A DNA stretch of 63,945 bases, the filler included, from Piptocephalis cylindrospora (Eukaryota), in the NCBI GenBank assembly GCA_003614145.1. It is 3 parts of 3 records of this genome, joined end to end, with 100 filler letters (N's around TTAATTAATTAA, not from the genome) between each part and the next. Parts side by side here need not be neighbours in the genome. Positions count along the whole stretch, not along the records: positions 45,356 to 63,945 come from KZ987833.1; 2 more parts are not named here. One strand, written 5' to 3'. Numbering within the stretch: position 1 is the stretch's first letter; every line of letters starts with the position of its first letter. The position numbers and the translations under genes were made by a program. Below the pieces are notes generated by a model, which had not been told where the DNA came from, searched no databases, and saw only the letters and a program-made list of their open reading frames with translations. This document shows, piece by piece, positions 46,380-58,743 of this stretch.

Positions 46380-47387
46380 GGAGGGAGGTGAGCTATTTTT
46401 AAAACTCAATCGTTCATTCCTCCTTTATCACTTACCTTCTTGATACTAGCATCCATTTTGGGAGCATGCTTAAGATCCTAAAGAGCCCGAAAAAAAAAAG
46501 AGTGTAGTGAGTAGCAATGCAAATGGTAGATCCTCCTATTCTACTCACCTCTTCCTTGACTCCTTGGCGCAACTCCCAGGTCTCCAGGGCGAGGATATCA
46601 TGATCATCGGGATGCTTTCCAGCGGCACCCGTCACGCCAAAGTAGTAACCGGAGGGTAGCTCGATATTGGGGAGGGAAAAACAAACCGAGTAGCCAGAGC
46701 CCTGGCGAAGAGTATCCACGGAGACGGTGAGTTCATTGGCCTGGTAGCGGATCTTGGTATAGACAGGACCCTCGGTATTACGGAAGTCACGGTAGCAGCC
46801 GTCAAAGACTTTGGTGGTCCAGTCCGGCTCCTTGGACAGCTCAAGCTTCCCATCATTAAGGATTCCCATGATAAAGGGATTCTTCTTTTCCTTTTTGTTG
46901 TCATAGGAATCAAAGCCGACCATCAAGCCATCCCACTTGTCCCCATTCCCCAAAATCTGGCCCGTTACTCCACGGCCACGAGTATACCAAAAGGCCATAC
47001 CTTCTCCGCCAATCTCATCGCGTCCATCGACACGTAATTGTAACTCGACTTCCCACTCCTTGTGTGGATTCTTTTCCTTGGCCCAAATGCCCCCGCGCTG
47101 CCCGGTGATGGAGGAGGCCAGACGAAGAGAGTCCTTGCCTATAATGGTCTCTGAAAAAAGGAGGTGACGAGGTAAATGCTTAGCGTTGCTGATAGGCCCT
47201 TATATATTTCCCTCCCCCCGGCATTAGTCATACTTGAGTGGGTCTCGAAGAAGGGAATGGTCTCATTGTAGACAAAAGGGGCCTTGAAGCTCTGCTTGTA
47301 GTCGTGTCGCATGGGCACAGTGGTTTGAGAGCCTGCCGCGCTAGCAGCCAGAAGAAGAAGAAGGGCCGGGAGAGAAGCTAGGGACAT
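45676..47387 (-). CDS. EMP47: L-type lectin cargo receptor (Emp47/ERGIC-53/LMAN1 family), multi-exon
   Basis: Signal peptide, HDYKQSFKAPF, GEGMAFWY, WDGLMVGFDSYDN, CYRDFRN, YFGVTGAAG..DDHDI, coiled coil, TM helix and a C-terminal KKYL* motif. Confidence 0.88.
46350..46376. repeat. (GA)n microsatellite inside an EMP47 intron
   Basis: About 13 GA units. Confidence 0.9.
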
Positions 47388-47555
47388 GGCGCAGGGGATG
47401 ATGGAAGGGAAGAAAGGGATATGCAAAAGGATGCGGGAGTAAGGTAAGGAGTGGCGGTGGTGGAAAGTGCTGGATGGCGGGAGAAAGTCCCGCTTCTTTA
47501 CCGATTCCCGTCCATCTGGGCGGAGAGCCAAAAGGGAATCTCAAATATTACTATG

Positions 47556-47628
47556 TGCCCACTGCAGGAATCGAACCTGCGACCTTCGCTTTACGAGAGC
47601 GACGCTCTGCCAACTGAGCCAAGGGGGC
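47556..47628 (-). tRNA. tRNA-Thr(CGT)
   Basis: 73-nt cloverleaf GCCCCCTTGGCTCAGTTGGCAGAGCGTCGCTCT-CGT-AAAGCGAAGGTCGCAGGTTCGATTCCTGCAGTGGGCA. Confidence 0.93.
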
Positions 47629-48154
47629 ATACTTAGAAAAGCTTTCTGATTTTATCTTAACTAGCCTTATATTGATAGACAAAATCCCCTTTTGGGATGG
47701 AGTTTGACGCTTTACTGGTGTTCGTCCTACAAGTAGCTCTTATGGGAGCATTGATAAGTGAAGATAACTTAGGCTAATTAATACGAAAAGATGCCACCTC
47801 GGCCCGATGAATGCGACACACCTTCTTATCCCTCGCCTTTACTATCATGAATGATCAGGCCACACTGTATGGAGCTCCCCTTTCCCCTCTGGATTGTCAT
47901 ACTGTGGGGACTGGGAGATTATTACACGCGCATTATGACCGCCAGTCCTCCGCCCCCCTTAAGATAGACCGAAGCCTCCTTGAACAGCCACACCCGCCCC
48001 CTAATGATGAGGTTTAGGTAGGTGGCTTGGCTTAATAGGCGATCTGAGAGGAGTGGTATCCCCCCTTCCAGAACTCCCTTCCCTTTACTTCTTCATAACT
48101 ATTATCTCGTTACTAGTCCTCTTCTCTTCTCCCTCTGTAGCTCTACTGCTGACC

Positions 48155-50672
48155 ATGCCCTCCTTCAACAAACTTAAGCGACCAGGGACCTCTAGTTCCC
48201 GTCGGTCCAATAACTCCTCGTCGACCGACTTGAATGAGCGACTCTCGGGTGGGACCACCCCCACTTCTCTGGATACTCCTACGACTTCGGGTGAGCTTGA
48301 GTCGTCTCAAACCGACGCAGAAATGGCGAAACAAATTCAACAAGCTGTTGAAAAGGAGGAGGAGGCGCAGCTTGCAAAGGATGCTTCCTTAGACTCTAAT
48401 TCATCGGATGGTATGACGAGTAAAGGAAACTGGAAAGAGGCCATCTCCGCCAATTATGCCACTAGCGCTGATCAAGAGGACCAAGGTAAGATTCTTTATA
48501 CCAAGATGATGTATGACCTTTCACCCAAGGAGAATCATGGTAGGTAGACCCGCTAATCCTCTCTTAATACTATTCGGCAATAAGACGAGGAAATCCGACA
48601 AGGTGTAGAACATTTTTTCAATGGCGATTTTTCCAAGGCCGAGGCCACCTTTCTCCGTCGATACGACTCAGACTCACTTTCTGGCCTGGCGCTTGGAGCC
48701 ATGACTTTCATGAAAGGTAGGTGCATGATCCAGATTGTATTATACTGAGGGAAAAACTCGAGGTGTTCACTCCTTTCTTCACTTTACATAGCGGGGATGA
48801 CATTGGATGAAGAGGATATTGTCCTGGCTACGAAGCGGCTCCATCAGGCTGCCCGTGTGGCTGAGGAACAAAATAACCTGACTCGCCCATCCCTAGGGGT
48901 GCTTGGATCTGTGGGGAAGATGCTCACTGGTCTTTTTGGTGGGGGCTCCGGGGGAAAGGGGAAGGGAGGCGAGATAGCAGGGGAAGATGTCATATCCCAT
49001 CCAGATTGGTACAACTCTGAGCTCCGGAATAATGTGATTCGGGCAGAATCGTACCTCTTAGTAGCGCTACTCCAATTCCTCCAAGAGAGTCTAATGAGCT
49101 ATGTCAAAGCAGGCCTAAATTTGCGTCGAGGCTATTCTCAGTACGACTCTGTATGGAAGATCGTTCAAGGTCTCAAGGATCCCGTGGGCCAAGTCGATCG
49201 AAATACCCTCTGTGGAATTTACTTTGGGTAAGGCGAAGAAAGAGATGCTCAGAGTAAAGAGGGTAACACAATCCACTTATCCCATCTTTCACTCATGAAA
49301 AAATTAGAATTGGGTCCTGTAATCTCATCTTATCTATTCTTCCATCCAAAATTCTCAAACTCATTGCTATTTTGGGTATCTCGGGAGAAAAGGAGAGAGG
49401 GTTCACCCTACTGGATAAGGCTGTACGACTTGAGGGTTTACGATCGCCTCTGGCGCTCGTCCTCCTCTTTGTCTACTACATCATGCTAACTTCCTTTTGC
49501 CCGGAGATCCTTGCGCCCAAAAACCTGCCCCGGATTCAGTCACTGCTCAAAGAGACCAAGGAGCGGTATCCTGAGGGTGTGATTTTTGCCTACTTTCACG
49601 GGCGCCAAGATCGACAGGAGCGTCGATTGGATGCGGCGATCCAGGCGTTTACCTCCATCATGACACGTCGGGATGAGAAAGTGGACAAAACAGCGGGGTC
49701 AGAGAGTGACTTGAGTCTAGCGTGCTGGAAGGCCATCGGCCACATGTGTGAGTATGATCTTGCTCTGACGTACATGTATGCCCTAAAGTTCCGCGAGGCA
49801 GCACAGACGTTTAGGCAGATCAGCGAAAGCGGTTACTGGTCTCCGGGGACCCTGAGGTATTTGGAGGCAGTATGTTGGGATGCGGCGGGAGATTGGGAGA
49901 AGGCGCAAAAGGCCTATGAGGAAGCGCCTCAACTGGTAACCCGTACCTTTGGTGGAAGGGTAATCAGTAGTGAAAGGTACATTCTGAATCGATGTGAGCT
50001 CTACCGGAGGCAAAAGAACCCGGATGGACCCGATACCTTGCATGCTTGGGAGGCGGCTCTGGAAGTAATTGGAATCTGGAATGGGTTTGGGTGTATGGAG
50101 CCTTCGGGAATCCAGTGGTGCTGGGATAGAGTGCAGACCCTGGAGAAGGAAGGGTCAGGGGAAGGGAAGATAGGAGGAGGGGGGGATGAGGGGGTGGTAG
50201 GATGGGTCAGAGGGATCCTTCAAAGGGAGAGGGGCGATCTTGTTGGAGCAGCAGGTACCTTAGTGTCCGTAGTACAAAAGGGGTGTCAGCGCAAGGGCGA
50301 TGCCTTTGTCCAGGCTTTTGCTGCGTATGACCGAGCTATTGTCGCCTACTTAGCCGGGGAAAAGGATGCAGCTAAGACGTGGATGATTCGAGCGGGTCAT
50401 GAAGGGGGAAGTGAGCATTTCTTTGAGTATCGGTACGTTTTTGTGAGGCTGTTTATCTGTGCTGAAAGAGGGAGTGTTCATACTGATCATTTTCCATTTA
50501 ATGATGATCCTTCGCGTATAGCCTGGCCCTGAGGATTCATCTGGCTCAGTTATCGTTAGAAGAGGAGAAGAAAGAAGAGAAGGAGAAAGGAAGGAGGGAG
50601 AATAGGGAGCAGGAGGAAGAAGGGACGGGAACCCCCGTCTCTGTCTCTATTCCCTCATCCCCCACTCCTTAG
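48155..50672 (+). CDS. IML2: Iml2/TTC39 family TPR protein, multi-exon
   Basis: IRAESYLLVALLQFLQES..YVKAGLNLRRGY, GIYFGIGSCNL..LPSKILKL..LGISGEKERG, YWS..YLEAVC, GGRVISSERY, FEYRLALRIH. Confidence 0.85.
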
Positions 50673-51029
50673 CTAACGATTATATGTGGAAGAGAATGGG
50701 AGGAAGGGTGTGTTATCGGAGGGATGGCTGGGATTGCCTATTCCTGATCATCCAGGACAATCTGAATGATGTGATGTGCTGTAGGAGACTATTATCCCTC
50801 TTATATTCCGTTGATACAGTTTGATCATAATATGCGCTGACAATAGGAATGGCAATAGTGAAAATAACACTGATTGGAATGGGAGAGAAGTCCTCGGGCT
50901 CCTATTGCAGGGATGATGTGATGGTTGGAGTGGAAGATGGGATAGGAGGGCGGAAGGAGATGATGGACATGGACATAGATGAAGGAATAGGAGAGAGAGG
51001 GCAAGAGGAAGGGGGGGAAGGACGAGGTG

Positions 51030-52268
51030 TCAAAGACTAAAGCCTTGAGTAGATGGATCTGGGTGGACTAAGACCTTGCAGGTCATGGGGGGGGTAGGGG
51101 ACCGTGGCCTCTTTCGTGGGCCAGAAGCGTGGTCCAAGGATGTAGAGATCAGGGAATTTGAGGCATGGATGGAGGAAGAAGGGGAGACGGGATTAAGGAG
51201 CTCAGAGATGGCCATGGATCGCACCGACCGGACCTGGGTGTCCATCTGGGTGGGTGCCGGAGGAGGGAGAAGAGAGGTGGAGGAATAGGAAGGGTAGGAA
51301 GAGTGGGATGAAGAAGAGTAGGATGGGGATGAGGAGGTGCAGGGCAGGGGCTCGGTTTGTGCTTTCTTGACGTGCTCAGGAGGAGAAGGATAGTGGACTG
51401 ATCGATATCGTTCCATCAGAACTGTCGGATCCATGAGAACTAGGGCTCCGGCCAAGCGATCAGCTGTACGGATGGGGGATCGGGTACGACCACTGGCGGT
51501 GTAAAAAGTCCGGATATTGGTACGTTCAATCGATAGAGAGGCTAAGGTGGCTGACTGGGTTCGACGGTGGCCAACACGGGGCCGGCCACGATCCGGAAGA
51601 CTTAGACTGGATGCGGAGGAGGCAGGCTGGGGGGAAGTGGGTGTGGACCGGATGGTATCCCAAACATGATGTTGATCCTCTTCCTTGAGGTCTAAGGACT
51701 GCTCTGATGGGGATTCCATTGCAATCTTACCGGAATCTGCCTCACCCTTGGACCCCCTGATGGAGTAGGCTGGGGTGACAGGCATGGAAGGAGGGGGGGA
51801 GAGGTAGATGGGCATGGAATCGGCTACTGCCACTTCAGGCTCCTCCCGTCGACCATGGCTGTCCAAATGCGGATGAGTCTGCCAGTAGGGGCGATGCAAG
51901 GATGGGTGGGTAGTGCCAGTAGGATGAGGAGTGGTGGATGGGACTGTGGCCCTTAAAGGACGATGTCCGGGAGTATGGGTCAAGTCCTGAGACTTGGAGG
52001 TATATGTATTGACCATGTTGGGGGAATGGGATAAAAGGGAATGGGTCGTTCCCGAGGGAGGTGACACAGGGGAATGGCTCATACCAATAATCCGTGAGCG
52101 ACCATAGGCTGTTGGGGGAGATAGGGTGGGACCAGGGACGGATGAAGCCGTGGATGAGGCATACCAGGAGGGATGGGCATACTGGTGGGATCGGCTCTTC
52201 TTGGCCTGTGGAGGATGTCCCTGTTGATGGACATTGTAGGAGGCTGGGATCGATGGGTAGGGTGGCAT
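51030..52268 (-). CDS. Ser/Pro/His-rich disordered protein of unknown function (412 aa)
   Basis: Long ORF behind a CT-rich leader, with short motifs MAISELLNP and RKRPRSP. No folded domain recognised. Confidence 0.65.
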   Translation of the reverse strand: MPPYPSIPASYNVHQQGHPPQAKKSRSHQYAHPSWYASSTASSVPGPTLSPPTAYGRSRIIGMSHSPVSPPSGTTHSLLSHSPNMVNTYTSKSQDLTHTPGHRPLRATVPSTTPHPTGTTHPSLHRPYWQTHPHLDSHGRREEPEVAVADSMPIYLSPPPSMPVTPAYSIRGSKGEADSGKIAMESPSEQSLDLKEEDQHHVWDTIRSTPTSPQPASSASSLSLPDRGRPRVGHRRTQSATLASLSIERTNIRTFYTASGRTRSPIRTADRLAGALVLMDPTVLMERYRSVHYPSPPEHVKKAQTEPLPCTSSSPSYSSSSHSSYPSYSSTSLLPPPAPTQMDTQVRSVRSMAISELLNPVSPSSSIHASNSLISTSLDHASGPRKRPRSPTPPMTCKVLVHPDPSTQGFSL

Positions 52269-54295
52269 GATCTGGAGAAAGGTGATTCAGGCCCGAGGAG
52301 AGAAAGAGAGAAAATGAGAAAGACCTTGATGAGGGGGGCTTGAGTGGATGAATAGGGAAACTGAGAACGCTAGGGAGTGATGGGCTAGATGAAGGCACGC
52401 ATACACACACTCTCTACACAAGAATACGGGGGCACGCGATGAAGGAAGGGCGATTGATTGAGAGGAGGGGGTGATGATGAAGAAGAGAAGAGGAGGAAAG
52501 ATGAAATGGAAGAAAGGTAGAGAGAAGCTAGAGGATGGTGCCATCTAGCGGCCAGACTGATCCTTTTATACTTGATCCTCAGGCCAATTCGATCTACCCC
52601 GCCTGGGCCTTCTCCCACTCACATCATCTTCTCTCACGCGCGGACCTTGGGCCATCGACTAATGGTGTGGGGCATGGCTGCGTAAGGCCTCCTTGGCCCA
52701 TCGAGGCATCTGTCGCAGTGTGAGTCAAGACTGGATGTATGAGGAGAGAGAGGGAGGGTGATGTGTCAAAGAATGGGAAGAGGGGGTAGTGTCCTCACTT
52801 ACTCCCTCCCTCTCTCTCCCCTTCTCTTGAAAAGCTCTGTGCGACCGTCGATGAGGGATCCTTGATGTGGCTGGAGGGCAAGGGGGAGGGAGAGGAATGA
52901 AGCGCGAGTGAGGGAGATGATGAGGGAACAACGGGCAACGGACCATGCAGAGGTATGGGAAGGTGGTTTAGGGAGTGTGAGAGTGCGTCATCTTTGTGCT
53001 CCTTGCCTTCTCCGGCTGCTATAGAAGTGTTCTCATGCATTGCCTGTGACGGGAGGACAAGGTCAATGGGAAGGGACAGGGGGGAGAGGGGGGGATTGTG
53101 GACTGGGAGCGGGAAAAGAGCGGTGAGACCCATTCCCGCCTTCCTAGTCGAAGCTAGAGAAAGAGAGAACGAAAGCGAGAGACGGTCATTTTCCCGTGCG
53201 TCGATTTCCACCTCTCTCACACGGTGTACGATGGATGCACATGGTAGGTGAACGGGGGTGGGGTTTGGGCACACTGATGGAGGAATCTATCAGTTCACTC
53301 GGGAGAGAATGGAAGGGGGAGAAGAAGGCAGCGACGACGAAGGTGAGGGCTATGGGAACAATGAGCAAAGGGGGCCACTCTGGGTGTGTATCCCCTAGAC
53401 TGAGAAGTCCTATTCATTGGTTGGTCCTCTGACTGAATGGAATGAGCAGTGGAAGAGGGAGAAGGTGATGGGGAAAGGAAGAACACAGGGTTGGGAGGAG
53501 TTTTAACTGGCCAGCGTGACAACTCCGATATCGGAGTTGTCTCGGTGTTGCCGAAGCGACTGTGTGTGTGAACGGGCATTCGAGTGCAGTTCATCAACTG
53601 CTCATCTCCTCCACTCATTCCCATCCTCAAGCCAAGGGAGGGGAGGTGTGGGAGCGAGGGAGACCGGGACTGAGAGAGAATGAGCCGAACTGGGCTGATA
53701 GGACCAAATAGTGTACGACTTGAGCAAACTCATACTCACACCCGTATACAGAGAAGTGACCTTGATATTCACAGATAGAATTCCTACCATCCTCCCTTTA
53801 AAAAGTGTAAGTCTTTCGTGTTACCACGTGTATGTTGTCCCTGTCCATCCTATTTTCATCCCACCCTGCACCCTTATCGGGTGAGAGTAGCACAAAGGCA
53901 TAAGGGGTTACTCTTCCTGCCCCATCGATCCTGGATCATATCGAGTGGGATCATGGAAGGATAGTTTCTCTGACCAAAGATATAGGAAGCCAAGACTTTG
54001 TGTGCACTCAAGACTCTCCTCTCTCAATATCATTATCATTAAAGGTCATCACGGTCCATTCCTGCCCCTCATAAGCCTGTCTCACCTGTCAGAGTGAATG
54101 ACATTCTTCTCATCGATGCGGAGGTACGGCGGACGTAAGATGAATCAGACGCGTATCAGATGAACCCCTTCCATCCTATATATTCCTTGGTCAACCCTAC
54201 CCAATCAACAAATGCACATCCTTCCCATTACCTTTCCTCTCCCTCCACACTAGCATGTATAGCATAGCACAGAAAACCGACCTCACCTCGCATTA

Positions 54296-57200
54296 TTAGG
54301 TCGCCGAAAGCCCATGGCATCTGGGGTGGACCCATCGGGATGACGATCGCTCCTTCCCCTCAAGTATCATAGGTTCCTGCGGATCCAGACCCTGATGACA
54401 TACCCGGCACTCGTCCGTGCTACTTACCACCCAACCTTTGCATCCTTTGATTTGCTCCACTTCACGTTCTCGAACCTAATTTACTCGAGAGGGGAGGGGT
54501 TGCGACGTGAGGGAGATGATGCATTCTCCTTTGGCTAAGCATCGCCGCATAACCTTACCTGTTCATGATGGGCCTGGAGAAGTCCCCGAGTCAGGGAGGC
54601 CTGAACATGGGTGGAAAACTCTTGACGAATCCTCGAGATGAAAAAGGGATCTAGAGTCTCCAGGGACCAGGATTCTGGAATGACTTTGAAGACATCTTGA
54701 AGGGAGATGAACTGTCCATAATTAGACAGTAAATGGAAGAGCCGTCGTTCCCGTAACCTTTTGGACCCTAAGCGTTGGATAAGCATGAGAAGTTGCCGGA
54801 AGAGTTCCCTCTGAGCCATAGGATCGTAGCCCCGAGGGATTCGGGGCCCCTGATTCCCTCCAGATCCCTGTGAGGTGGAATGTCCGGATGATTCAGGAGA
54901 AGATCCCGATCCTGATCCAGACCCGGAAGAAGAAGCATTGGCCTCAGAGAGGGATCCTACGTAGAGACAAAAGCGCTCCGCCGTCTCAAAGTCCCCAATC
55001 TGCACCAGAGTCCTCAGGGCATCCTGATTATCCCCGATCCGGGAGTAGACTGAAACAAGCTCGAGGGTGGCAAATCCCGTTCCTTTCAATGTTTGCTTCA
55101 CCGCCATGGGCTCCCAGAACCGGGAGGCCTGGAGAAAGGAGATGAGTTTGAACCGAGCCTGGCTAATCATATCATCCTTTTCCTTGAGCATGGCGTAGTA
55201 CGTAAGACCTGCGCCACCGGATTCTAGGAGCTCCCGGTACTCCTCCTCCACCAGTCGGGTGTATTCCTCCTCCTCGGCAAAGGTCTCAAAGTGGGCCTTG
55301 GCCGCCGAAATGTACATTTGGACCAGATTCGTATGATGTACCACATCCTACCGAGATGAAATGGAGGGGTATTAATAGCCAAGCTTCCATTACCCCGGCA
55401 TCCCCTCCCCCAAAAATCCACTTACCTGACTTCCTCGCATCATGATCAAATGCTCCAAGTACTGACGCAGACCATCATCCCCAAAGGCTCGTAGCATTTC
55501 GACAATTTCACTGGAGCTAAGGGAATTCTCCATGGAGGAATCCATCTCTTTGAGAATCTACACGGGAGGGAGGGGAGGGGTGAATGGGTTAGGGGCGTTC
55601 ACATTCATGTAATAATAAAAAAAGGAACCATCTACCTTTACACCACGCATCACATCGAACTGCAGGACCCAGGGAATGTACTCCCGGAGAAGGATGGGAT
55701 CCTTGAGTTCCGAGATCAGCTCGATAAACTCATCAATCCCCCCAAAGGCCCGTTCATCCTCCTCTCTGGCCCGCTCCAGCTCCTGATCTTCCCCATCCTC
55801 CTCCTCCTCTCCTCCTGATTCAGAAGTATATGACGATTTGCGTCTTCGTCGTTCCATTTCGGCAAGGGAAAGCATTCCAGAGGAGCCCGAGGAGCCCGAA
55901 ATGGCGCCGCCTTTCCGAAGCAGCCTCTTCCAGATCTCCAGAGTTTCCCGGAACCGATTGGAGGACCGAAGGAGGAGGGATAGCGCGTACATTCTGTTCC
56001 ATTGTCGAAGGAAAGCCGAGCTCTCCTCAAATCGGCACAGGTGTCTTCCCCGAAGAAATCCGTACATGCTATTGTCGTGGAGAAGAACATAGAGCTTGAG
56101 TAGCGCGGTGTCCACATCTTGTTTGGCAATCAACGGGTACTTGCCCGATTTGAGCTTTTGAAGGTGAGTGAGGAAGGCTTGCTGAGCATTCCTCTCTAGT
56201 TGCTTCCTTAGACGGCACTTTGCATTGGATTCTTCCTTCATCCCAGTGCGGGATTTGTCCTTGCTTTCGCTTTCTCCCTCTATAGCCTTACTTTCGTCAT
56301 TCTCACTTTCCTCATCCTCCTTGCTCCCCTGCCCCTCCTCGCTGTCCTTGACCCCATTTCCTTGGTCATCCTCCTTATCATTCTCTTGTTCCCGGCCAAA
56401 TTGAGCTTGTACATTGGCGTCGATAATCGCCTGGATGCTGCCTAAGCGCATGACAATAGTCTGAACCCCTTGGGGAAGAGCTTCTAGGCTCTCACGGGAG
56501 GAGGAGGAGGAGGCGCCGAGGAAGAGATTGATAAGGATGCGGGCGTCAAAGTAACACCGCTCAAATTGATTAAAGGCCTCCTCGAATAGGGATTCGCCTA
56601 GGAAAATAAACCCAGCCTTGAGATACACATAGTCCAGCTCGGCTTGCAGGAGTCTAGACTCTTTCCCACTGGCATCCGAAGGAGCCCGTTGGGCATAGTG
56701 GGCCGCCAAGGAGACAGCCTCTTCCACCCTTTGCTGATCCAGAAGGATATCTGCTTGGTCCACTAGGCCCTGGGAGGGAATGGCCATCAGACCCTCCTTG
56801 GCCACGACAATAGCCCGGACTTCCCCACCAATACTCGCATCTCTGCCGAGTTTTTCCAGGAGTGAGGGATGGGACGTTGGGATTCCCTGACCCTGGGTGA
56901 CGACAAGGGTGTGCGGGGTTCCATACTCCAAGGGATGCAAGGTCTGGATCTTACTAAGATCTGCCCTTTCATGCACAATAATCTCGCCATTCCGGAATAG
57001 CGCCAGTAGATAGTGCCCGACAATCTCTGCATAGTAGAGGGAGGAAATATGTGGTGAGGAATTGTTCAAGAAAGAGGAGAGTGAAGAATGCTAAACAGCT
57101 ATCTAGGAGACGTGCCCATCCCTCCTCTGCTTACCAATAGATCGTGGAAAGGTGTCCCAGGTCCAAGGAGCTTCAGTGCCATTTCCCTCACAGTTAACAA

Positions 57201-58200
57201 ACATGCCCAGACCTCCATCATCCTGGAAGAGGGAGGATGGGCTGATGAGGAAGAAGGATTGATCGGCCGTAAGGATCGAAGGCATCATCACCATTCGTTT
57301 TCCTCCTCCTCGTCCATCTACGGCGCCTCCAGACCCTGAGCCCATACCATAACCCGAGGGAGGAGAGGCCGAGGGATTTCCATAGGGTGAGCCCATGGGG
57401 TCTCCACCATACCCTGGACCCGAGGTAGACATTGTCGGGTTAGACCGTTCTCCGTAAGAAACCTCAAGGAGCTCGTGACATCGATTAGTGCGGATGTTAA
57501 GGAGATAAAAGTTATACCTGTTGGCATAGCACACACTTCCCCCTAGACGACGGATCGTGAGGCAATCCTCGTCAATGGCATAGTCGGGTCTTTCACGCTC
57601 GAGGGACCGACGGGACAGATGAAAAAATTGAATGGACCTCCGTTTCACCACACAAAGGGAGCAGGAGGTGATGGGAGGATCTGAGGGGTGGGGCATGACG
57701 ATACCAGCCTTTAGGGTATCCACAGCAAATGTAACGACTCCACGAAGGCTAGGGATGCTATCGTGGGAGACGGGGGAAAGATTGGGCAAGGAAAGAAACA
57801 TGAGCATCGAATCGCAATGGACAATTAACTTGGAGAGAGGATGGACAATTGACATGCGTTCCACGCGACGATGGGTCTGGGAGGCAATGTGCTTCTTGAT
57901 GAGCCTTGCCTTGGGTAAAACGGAGCGATCCACTTGAATGGGCTGATCAAACACGTAATGTAGGATATGACCATCCGAGGTTCCTACATATACATTGTTC
58001 TCGTAGATATCGGCGCATTCCACCGTTGCACGGAAACGCCTTTCCCCTGACCCGGAGCCCTGAGAGCTTGTCCGTGTGAGGGTCCCAACCCGCTGGAAGA
58101 TGCTATTGGTGGTGGTGGGAGGTGGGGAGGCCGTGTCCTCCAAGGGCAACGAGTGCAGGAGGGAGGTGAGGGTAAAGGGCTGAAAGGAGTTCTTATCCAT
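54296..58200 (-). CDS. CORVET/HOPS subunit of Vps3/TGFBRAP1 (Vps39-like) family, multi-exon
   Basis: CNH-like N-terminus (VECADIYENNVYVGTSDGHIL), VDTALLKLY, a clathrin-repeat region, and a C-terminal CxxC..HxxC finger (CRVCHQ..HPRC). Confidence 0.88.
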
Positions 58201-58743
58201 GGCGTCGGCACATACAACAATGGTACTACGTAGTGAAAGAAGAGTAAGAGTTTCAGAAGGGGGCTGATATGGTGGATGAAGGGGGATACTGTAGGAGAAA
58301 ACAAGGTGGAGATCAAGGACTAGGATAGGATGTAAGATGAGAAAGGAAGGATGGAAGGGCGGATCAGTGGACAGGAGGAGGATGGAGAGAAGAGAAGAGA
58401 GTGTGTAAGGAATGGAAGAAAAGAAGAGGACAGGTAGAGAGGCTGGGAGAGGGGGCTGCTCTCCTTTCATCAGAAGCTCTCATGGCAGTGCACCTGTAGA
58501 TCTGCGATCCTGCTGACCTTGCTGGGCGGAGCTGGGGGAAAGTGAGTGAGTGAGTGTAAGGAGTCTGGCCAGGCAAGTGAACGGCAGCGGGCGGGAAGCT
58601 AGGGGTAAACTTGGTTGTGTGCTGCCTCTATAGGAGGGAGACAGATCAGGAAGACAGAAACAATGGACTGGCCTTGACTGGCGACCCCAGTAGACCAGTA
58701 GCCCGTCCTGCTCAGGACATGATATCTTCTTACCACCTTCAAC

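Noticed and set aside
53745..53757. ATACAGAGAAG, like the U6 ACAGAGA box
   Set aside because: Flanking U6 conserved sequence (ATTAGCATGGCCC) is absent.
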